15,644 nt of DNA from Opitutales bacterium (lineage in GTDB: Bacteria; Verrucomicrobiota; Verrucomicrobiia; Opitutales; JABSRG01), in NCBI GenBank assembly GCA_049599475.1, contig JBMYOQ010000088.1:1-15644 (forward strand), given 5' to 3'. Below, one piece after another: positions 9,933-15,644 of this stretch. The position numbers and the translations under genes are program-made. How positions within the stretch are numbered: position 1 is the stretch's first letter; the number at the start of each line of letters is the position of its first letter. The notes below the pieces were generated by a model. It saw nothing but the letters and a program-made list of their open reading frames with translations. It searched no databases and was not told where the DNA came from.

Positions 9933-9952
9933 ATTGTAAAAATTTAAACAAT
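9933..9952. promoter_or_regulatory. Palindromic candidate regulator site ATTGT-N10-ACAAT
   Basis: ATTGT AAAAATTTAA ACAAT, a dyad with an all-A/T spacer between the divergent glnII and kinase genes. Confidence 0.4.
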
Positions 9953-10012
9953 ACCCCTCGGCTCGGAATTTACTTGGAGAGTTTTTGAGGCCTTGCCAAA
10001 CTCAAGGGTCTT

Positions 10013-10441
10013 ATGCACGAAGCAAAAAATACAGCCCGCGCCATCGTCCGCATCGCGTACGACGGGCGCGTCTACAAACAGTTCCTTGGGCCCAAGGCAA
10101 AGGAACGTTTTGAAAATGAAGTCCGCGTGCTCAACTACCTCGAGAAAAATAAGTGCCCCTTTGTCCCCAAGCTACTTTCGAACGACCCCGAAACCCTGGA
10201 AATTGTAACCAGCAATTGCGGCAATCGAGTCGAGAGGATGAGCGACGAGAAACAAAATCAAATTTTCTCCAGCCTTGAGCAGTATGGCGTCCGCCACGAT
10301 GACGCGGCGCTCCGAAATATCACTTACAGCCCACACATGGCTCGCTTTTGCGTAATCGATTTCGAATTCGCCACGATTCTAGAGCCCGGCTACCCGGATC
10401 CTCCAACGATGGATTTCGATCGTAATCTCGATAACCTGTAA
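10013..10441 (+). CDS. Minimal protein-kinase-like (PKL) fold protein
   Basis: 142 aa with beta3 Lys (VYK22), alphaC Glu (ENE36), VPKLL, catalytic loop H95-D-D97-AALR-N102 (HxDxxxxN) and metal-binding ID116FE (DFG equivalent). Confidence 0.8.
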   Translation: MHEAKNTARAIVRIAYDGRVYKQFLGPKAKERFENEVRVLNYLEKNKCPFVPKLLSNDPETLEIVTSNCGNRVERMSDEKQNQIFSSLEQYGVRHDDAALRNITYSPHMARFCVIDFEFATILEPGYPDPPTMDFDRNLDNL

Positions 10442-10488
10442 TCTGCACTCCCGGCTTTTCTTCCACTCCCCACACCCAAGCAATAAAT

Positions 10489-11316
10489 ATGTCTGACACA
10501 TCCGTTCAGATTCAATGGTCCGCTCAAACCGACACGGGCCGTTTCCGTAAAAACAATGAAGACGCATTTTTGGCGCTCGCCATAGACTCTATGGAAGTCA
10601 AGCGACTCGGGAAAGAAGGCGCGAGCAGCTGCGATATCTACGATTTCGTATTTGCCGTGAGCGACGGCATGGGCGGCGCCAAGGCGGGCGAGTTCGCGAG
10701 TCAGATAGCCACCGATCGCATTTCTCGTGTATTCCCCCAGAGCTTCCGCTCCGCTGCCTCTGGAATGAGCTACGGCTTCAAGGACATGATGGAATCTCTC
10801 TTTGATGACATCCACAAAGACCTCGGGGAACTCGGAAAGTCTTACGACGAGTGCTCGGGAATGGGCGCTACACTGTCGCTAGGATGGATTGGTCCAAAAT
10901 GGCTATACTTTGGCCACGTGGGCGATAGCCGCATCTACCATATCCCCAAGGATACATCAGCAGGCATCCAACAAATAAGCCACGACCACACCCACACCGG
11001 TTGGCTCGAGCGCCAAGGCAAGCTCAACGAGCGGGAAGCACGCAATCATCCACGGCGCAACAGCCTACAACAGACCCTCGGCGGGCGCACCCAATATCTC
11101 GACCCCCATATCGGAGCCATCCAACATGAGCCCGGAGACATTTTCCTCTTCTGCTCCGATGGCCTCACCGACGGCATTTGGAATCGCCGACTAGAAGATT
11201 TGATACGTAATCGAGACGCAGAAAGCATCGAAGGGCTCGCAAAACATCTCGTTGATTTTTCAGTAAATGCATCCGGAAAAGACAACACCACAGCCATCGT
11301 CGTCTACATCAATTAG
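10489..11316 (+). CDS. PP2C/PPM-family Ser/Thr protein phosphatase (PrpC/Stp1-like)
   Basis: Motifs GRFRKNNEDAF, AVSDGMGGAKAGEFAS, MGATL, HVGDSRIY, DHT, FCSDGLTD and GKDNTT are all present. No TM segment seen. Confidence 0.95.
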   Translation: MSDTSVQIQWSAQTDTGRFRKNNEDAFLALAIDSMEVKRLGKEGASSCDIYDFVFAVSDGMGGAKAGEFASQIATDRISRVFPQSFRSAASGMSYGFKDMMESLFDDIHKDLGELGKSYDECSGMGATLSLGWIGPKWLYFGHVGDSRIYHIPKDTSAGIQQISHDHTHTGWLERQGKLNEREARNHPRRNSLQQTLGGRTQYLDPHIGAIQHEPGDIFLFCSDGLTDGIWNRRLEDLIRNRDAESIEGLAKHLVDFSVNASGKDNTTAIVVYIN

Positions 11317-11422
11317 GCTATTGCTCGGCCCATAACCCTAAGAAGCAGGCCATCTCATTGAAAAAAAGGTTGGCTCGGCATATCAAAGCCCCTTCCCTGC
11401 TCTTTTTCATAGACCAACATTC

Positions 11423-12328
11423 ATGACTCAGAACTCACAGTCTTCCCGCCTTCAAGGTGTCTTCACAGCTCTCGCAACTCCTATGCATTCAGGAGCCGTA
11501 GATTTTGAAGACCTCGGAAAGCTGCTTGAGCACCAATTTGCCGGAGGCATTGATGGGCTAGTCCCTGTCGGAACGACCGGTGAATCTCCTACCCTGAAGA
11601 CCTCAGACGAGCATCTCGAGGTCATCCGCCAGACCGTGAAAATCGCGGATGGGCGTGTCCCGGTCATTGCCGGAGTCGGCTCAAACAGTACCGAAGAAGC
11701 GGTTCACATGTCATTGGAAGCCGAAAAGGCAGGCGCTGATGCGCTCCTTCATGTCACTCCTTACTACAATAAGCCGAACCAAGAAGGACTTTTTCAACAT
11801 TTCAGCGCGATCGCGCAAGAAACTGAACTCCCAATCGTTCTTTACTCGATCCCGGGTCGCTGCGTAATCGAAATCGATATCGATACCGTAGCCCGCCTTT
11901 ACGAGGCACATTCAAATATCTCCGCAATCAAGGAATCCGGCGGCAATCCCGACCGCGTAACAGCCCTTCGCCAAAAACTCGGTAGCGATTACACCATCCT
12001 TTCCGGAGATGATGGCCTCACCCTAGAATTCATGCAGAATGGAGCCGATGGCGTGATCAGTGTAGCTTCAAACATCGCGGTGACTCAGATGGCCAAACTC
12101 ATGAAAGCGATCCAGACCGGTGACACAGCGGAAGCCCAGAGACTCGACTCAGCACTCCAGCCTTTCTTCTCCTCGCTGTTTTTGGATCCCAATCCCGTGC
12201 CAGTGAAGCATATCTTGGCCAAAGCCGGCATAATCAAGAGCCCTGAAGTTCGCTTGCCATTGACACCCCTGCAAAAACAGTTCGTCGCTAAGCTTGAGTC
12301 CGCTTACGAAGCGATCCAAGGCCTCTAA
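11423..12328 (+). CDS. dapA: 4-hydroxy-tetrahydrodipicolinate synthase
   Basis: GTTGESPTL, PYYNKPNQEG, LYSIPGR, Schiff-base Lys in AIKES, LSGDD, GVISVASN and NPVPVK; adjacent to dapB. Confidence 0.96.
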   Translation: MTQNSQSSRLQGVFTALATPMHSGAVDFEDLGKLLEHQFAGGIDGLVPVGTTGESPTLKTSDEHLEVIRQTVKIADGRVPVIAGVGSNSTEEAVHMSLEAEKAGADALLHVTPYYNKPNQEGLFQHFSAIAQETELPIVLYSIPGRCVIEIDIDTVARLYEAHSNISAIKESGGNPDRVTALRQKLGSDYTILSGDDGLTLEFMQNGADGVISVASNIAVTQMAKLMKAIQTGDTAEAQRLDSALQPFFSSLFLDPNPVPVKHILAKAGIIKSPEVRLPLTPLQKQFVAKLESAYEAIQGL

Positions 12329-12369
12329 ATTTTTATCATCCTCATAACTTTATAATAGAAACAAACCAC

Positions 12370-13104
12370 ATGAATCCAATTAAAGTAATGATCAACGGCT
12401 CTCGTGGCCGTATGGGACGAGCTATCGCAGATTGCGCCGAAGACACTGGCGTACACATCTCTGCGCAAATCGACGCCGGAGACGACGCCACTCAGTTCAT
12501 CGAGTTCGTGGATGTGGTTATCGATTTCTCCCACCACTTGGCGACCTTACCCGTTGCCCAATTGGCAGCCGAGCGCGGCAAGCCACTCGTAATCGGCACC
12601 ACAGGTCACTCTGAAGCAGACCGTGAGGCCATCGCTAAACTCAGCGAAAAGATCCCAATGGTCTGGGCTGGAAATTTCTCAATCGGGGTAAACCTCCTTT
12701 TCTACATCACGCGCAAAGCCGGAGAAATTCTCAATGAAGGCTACGATGCCGAGGTCCTCGAGCTGCACCATCGCCACAAGAAAGACTCTCCAAGTGGCAC
12801 TGCAGAACGCCTCATCGAAGTCTTGCAGGAAACACGCGCATTATCTGACGAACACGTAATCCACGGCCGCTCAGGGATCGTGGGCGCGCGTCCAGAGAAG
12901 GAAATCGGTGTCCACGCCGTCCGCGGAGGCGATATCATTGGTGAGCACACTGTATATTTCGCAGGCGAAGGTGAGCGCATAGAACTGACCCACCGCGCGT
13001 CAGACCGTCGCATTTTTGCTCAAGGTGCCATCCGCGCTGCACAGTGGGCTGTGGGCAAGCCAAACGGTCTTTATAACATGGAAGACGTCCTCGGCCTTCG
13101 CTAA
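12370..13104 (+). CDS. dapB: 4-hydroxy-tetrahydrodipicolinate reductase
   Basis: GSRGRMG Rossmann motif, VIDFS, IGTTG, NFSIG, ELHHRHKKDSPSGTA, RGGDIIGEH and FAQGA. Confidence 0.97.
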   Translation: MNPIKVMINGSRGRMGRAIADCAEDTGVHISAQIDAGDDATQFIEFVDVVIDFSHHLATLPVAQLAAERGKPLVIGTTGHSEADREAIAKLSEKIPMVWAGNFSIGVNLLFYITRKAGEILNEGYDAEVLELHHRHKKDSPSGTAERLIEVLQETRALSDEHVIHGRSGIVGARPEKEIGVHAVRGGDIIGEHTVYFAGEGERIELTHRASDRRIFAQGAIRAAQWAVGKPNGLYNMEDVLGLR

Positions 13105-13710
13105 GTGATCCATTTCATTCAAGGCGAACTCGTCGATGCCAGCCCGCTTGAAGCTATAATTCTCGCGGGCGGGCTGGGATATCAAGTGAATATCCCAGTC
13201 ACCACCGCCGAGAAGCTCCCTGGAATAGGCAGCCAAGTAAAGCTCCATACCCACGCGGTATATAGAGAAGACTCTCAAGCTCTCTACGGTTTTCACTCAA
13301 CGGGCGATCGCGAGTTTTTCGTGCTCCTCGTTGAAAATGTTTCCGGAATCGGCCCCAAGATCGCCATCAACATGATGAGCCGGATGTCCCCGGCTACGCT
13401 AAAAGACGCTATCCGAGCCGGAGATGTGGGGCTGATTTCCAAATGCCCTGGCATCGGCAAGAAGACCGCCGAACGTCTGATTATCGAGCTCAAGGACAAA
13501 CTGGGACCAAGCACTTCGCACGCCGAGACTACGCCCATCCAAGGCAGTGTAGCTACCGAGGCAAGCTCCCCACTCTCAGACGCCACAGCCGCATTGATTG
13601 CTCTCGGCTACAAGCTGGCAGACGCCGACAAGTCTGTCCGCAAAGCAGCTGCAAAACTCGGCGAAGACGCCAAGACAGAGGCCATCATTCGCGAAGCGCT
13701 CAACAGCTAA
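13105..13710 (+). CDS. ruvA: Holliday junction branch migration protein RuvA
   Basis: GTG start directly after the dapB TAA. GLGYQV, REDSQALYGF, HhH motifs VSGIGPKIA and CPGIGKKTAERLIIELKDK, C-terminal ALIALGY...IIREAL. Confidence 0.96.
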   Translation: MIHFIQGELVDASPLEAIILAGGLGYQVNIPVTTAEKLPGIGSQVKLHTHAVYREDSQALYGFHSTGDREFFVLLVENVSGIGPKIAINMMSRMSPATLKDAIRAGDVGLISKCPGIGKKTAERLIIELKDKLGPSTSHAETTPIQGSVATEASSPLSDATAALIALGYKLADADKSVRKAAAKLGEDAKTEAIIREALNS

Positions 13711-13712
13711 GT

Positions 13713-13903
13713 TCCCGAACATTCGGGATCGGTATAGCTCAGCGTCAGTCTTCCTTACTGAGGTGGCCGATCCCCATAGCTTTTAATGAACAACTGCACC
13801 GGGAAGACCTAGATCGGCTCACCGAGACGGTTAGCTCGAGCATTTGCAAGAACACCTTTCGCAACCATCCGCGGTTCAAGTTTTCCGCTGATAGCTAGGG
13901 TAC
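13713..13903. other. Structured convergent spacer (degenerate REP-like cluster or candidate ncRNA)
   Basis: Several inverted pairs: TCCCGA/TCGGGA (13713-13728), GGGATCGG/CCGATCCC (13725-13732 with 13767-13774), GGTGGCCGATC/GATCGGCTCACC (13762-13772 with 13812-13823), GTCTTCC/GGAAGAC (13748-13754 with 13802-13808), TAGCTCAGCG/CGCTGAtaGCTA (13735-13744 with 13886-13897). Confidence 0.45.
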
Positions 13904-13913
13904 TCAGCCCTTC

Positions 13914-14660
13914 TTATTCGCTTACGGTCTCGAAGGTGAATGTCACTGGCTCATTGCTGCCAAAGGGCTGCTGTTCGGAGCCGAAATCGCTGAGTTCAAA
14001 CTGGAACGGATCATTGAACCCGCTTTCAAAACTTTCGGTACCGCTACCGAGTGTTCCACTCACCTGCTCACGCTCGTCTCTGAGAAGCTTTATGTAAGCT
14101 TGAGAGAAAGTGTCGCTGAGCTCCGGATAGGGTCCAGACAGGGCATTTTGCCTCGTCTCCATTTCCTTCATTTCTTCCGAGGTCACCTGTGCGACGCTGA
14201 AGGTAATCGATAGGGGCTCCCCATCAAGATCAGTAGATGGACTGACCAAGGTGACATGGCGAACCGGGCTCACGATATCATTAACCACCAATGGGCCGGC
14301 CTCGCCTAAGCCATCCGAGTCTGAACGGCTGAACTGAAAGGCAAAAAATCCAAGACCCAATAGAAACGCCGCCGCGATCCCTGAGGTAAGGGCTCCCGCG
14401 CCAAATGCCGACTTCAAATCGGACTGGCAGGTTTGGCTCGTCGCTTCCCAGCGACGACAGAAAAGATCCAGGCGATTCTTAAACTCAGCCGCCTGGTCTT
14501 TGGAATGCGCGGAAAGCGTGGCGTGGTGAATACGGCACGCTTTGACAAAATGCTCTCTCAATTGAGGACGTGCCAACAATGCATGGATGAGCGCGATCTC
14601 CTGAGCATCCGTCGTCTCGCCATCCAAGAAGGCATGCAAAATATCCTCAATTTTCCCCAT
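13914..14660 (-). CDS. Putative single-pass membrane anti-sigma factor
   Basis: Starts 5 nt after the ECF sigma stop. N-terminal LHAFLDGE helix resembles anti-sigma domains; one TM segment (ALTSGIAAAFLLGLGFFAFQF); acidic C-terminal region. Confidence 0.75.
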   Translation of the reverse strand: MGKIEDILHAFLDGETTDAQEIALIHALLARPQLREHFVKACRIHHATLSAHSKDQAAEFKNRLDLFCRRWEATSQTCQSDLKSAFGAGALTSGIAAAFLLGLGFFAFQFSRSDSDGLGEAGPLVVNDIVSPVRHVTLVSPSTDLDGEPLSITFSVAQVTSEEMKEMETRQNALSGPYPELSDTFSQAYIKLLRDEREQVSGTLGSGTESFESGFNDPFQFELSDFGSEQQPFGSNEPVTFTFETVSE

Positions 14661-14665
14661 AAATC

Positions 14666-15280
14666 CTACTCGCCAGACAGAGCAAATTCTTCTCCAAGCT
14701 TCACCTTGAGATTTTCGCGTGCCCGTGCGATCCGGCTCTTCACCGTGCCAACGCTAATATTCAAGTGCTGTGCGATATCTTCGTAGGCCATGCCCTTCAC
14801 ATTGCGCAAGACGAGGATCTCGCGGTGCTTGGGGTTTAGGAATTCCATGCATTCTGACACTCGATCGACGAGCTCTTGAGTCATGGTCAAGCCATCAGGA
14901 CCATCCGTTTTACTGGGTAGAATATCTTCCACTGTAGCCGTGGAATCTTCCGCCAGGGGTTGGCCCAAGTAGATAGACTTGTCACGCTTGCGGCGGAACC
15001 AGTACCAATATTTATTGTGAGCCAGATTTGTCGCAATTTGGTAAAGCCATGTGGAGAAAGAAGCTTCTCCTCTAAAGTTATCGAGACCTCGGTGCGCGCG
15101 GACAAACGCGTCTTGAGTGACTTCTTCGGCATCTTCGCGGTTTTTCAACAATCCGAACACACGAGCAAAGATCTTGTCGTGGTAGCGGACGACCATTTCG
15201 TCAAATGCTGCCGGGTCGCCACTTTTAAAGCGGTCCACCAGGATTTTGTCAGCAGATGCGTTGTTGGATTGAGTAGTCAT
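14666..15280 (-). CDS. ECF-family RNA polymerase sigma-70 factor (RpoE/SigW-like)
   Basis: 204 aa. Region 2 DAEEVTQDAFVRAHRGLDNFRGEASFSTWLYQIATN; region 4 REILVLRNVKGMAYEDIAQHLNISVGTVKSRIARARENL. Confidence 0.95.
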   Translation of the reverse strand: MTTQSNNASADKILVDRFKSGDPAAFDEMVVRYHDKIFARVFGLLKNREDAEEVTQDAFVRAHRGLDNFRGEASFSTWLYQIATNLAHNKYWYWFRRKRDKSIYLGQPLAEDSTATVEDILPSKTDGPDGLTMTQELVDRVSECMEFLNPKHREILVLRNVKGMAYEDIAQHLNISVGTVKSRIARARENLKVKLGEEFALSGE

Positions 15281-15373
15281 AGGTAAGCGTTTTTTTAATA
15301 GACGACTGAGCGTCCAATATGTTTCAAAATTTTCTCAGATTTTGTGAAAGCGGCACGCGCTCCTGCATTTGTT

Positions 15374-15400
15374 TTACGTAAGAACGTGCGGAGGGTTACA
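15374..15400 (-). promoter_or_regulatory. ECF-sigma-type promoter upstream of the sigma/anti-sigma operon (probable autoregulation)
   Basis: Minus strand TGTAAC-cctccgcacgttctta(16 nt)-CGTAA matches the AAC-N16-CGT pattern of SigW/SigX-type ECF promoters, ~95 nt upstream of the sigma ATG. Confidence 0.7.
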
Positions 15401-15436
15401 AATTCCTCAAAAAAATAAGGGAATATTTCCGAAGGC

Positions 15437-15468
15437 TTGACAGCCCTAGGATAAACGCGTTGTTTCAT
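15437..15468 (+). promoter_or_regulatory. Possible sigma-70 promoter for tRNA-Lys
   Basis: Perfect -35 TTGACA at 15437-15442, about 47 nt upstream of the tRNA. No good -10 hexamer at 17-nt spacing, so support is weak. Confidence 0.35.
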
Positions 15469-15488
15469 TGCTTTGCCAAATGGCACGG

Positions 15489-15564
15489 GGGTTGATAGCT
15501 CAATCGGTAGAGCAGTTGCCTTTTAAGCAATTGGTTCCGGGTTCGAGTCCCGGTCAACCTACCA
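15489..15564 (+). tRNA. tRNA-Lys (anticodon UUU)
   Basis: 76-nt cloverleaf: acceptor GGGTTGA/TCAACCT, D arm GCTC/GAGC, anticodon arm GTTGC-CTTTTAA-GCAAT, T arm CCGGG-TTCGAGT-CCCGG, discriminator A and encoded CCA. Confidence 0.97.
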
Positions 15565-15644
15565 CTTTTCCCGTAAATCGGAGAACTAGGGGGTCTACAC
15601 CAAAGATTGGGGGCTAGGCATAATTATTGATTTAGTTGACGTTT

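Noticed and set aside
11377..11389. GGCATATCAAAGC upstream of dapA, sharing 10 nt with the glnII sigma-54 promoter
   Set aside because: Spacing is GG-N9-GC; sigma-54 requires N10.
11317..11422. Possible lysine riboswitch upstream of dapA
   Set aside because: The 106-nt spacer is too short for the ~170-nt aptamer and shows none of its conserved elements.
13791..13913. Fragments resembling cobalamin (ACTG...GGGAAG) or TPP (CTGAG..ACCC) riboswitches
   Set aside because: The other conserved elements are missing and the spacer lies between two 3' ends, with no downstream gene to regulate.
15295..15486. 63-aa minus-strand ORF upstream of the ECF sigma
   Set aside because: It spans the divergent promoter region, contains the ECF promoter motif and has no protein features.
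15481..15496. TGGCAC-GGGGG-TTGAT as a sigma-54 promoter
   Set aside because: The -12 element is GA rather than GC, and the motif overlaps the tRNA 5' end.
11423..15564. Lysine theme: dapA-dapB near tRNA-Lys
   Set aside because: They are separated by ruvA and a convergent sigma operon; no evidence of a shared unit.

Overview
Bacterial chromosomal window. The gene families and the A/C-rich, Shine-Dalgarno-poor leaders suggest Verrucomicrobiota (Opitutia-like); this is inference only. Left part (1-8496) is an accessory, carbohydrate-related block: an MFS transporter truncated by the window edge, a hybrid-two-component-type regulator encoded as two genes (beta-propeller/Y_Y_Y histidine kinase, then REC-AraC regulator), a secreted Cys-type sulfatase, and a divergent secreted PQQ-like beta-propeller protein with a ~110-aa helical insertion. 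Centre (8783-11316): a short type II glutamine synthetase with a clear sigma-54 promoter and intrinsic terminator, divergent from a 142-aa minimal protein-kinase-like ORF and a PP2C phosphatase. This candidate kinase/phosphatase switch beside GSII is the most interesting signal here. Right part: dapA-dapB-ruvA, a convergent ECF sigma/anti-sigma pair with a likely autoregulatory promoter, and tRNA-Lys(UUU). Three intergenic spacers carry nested or alternative inverted repeats (REP-like elements or structured RNA).
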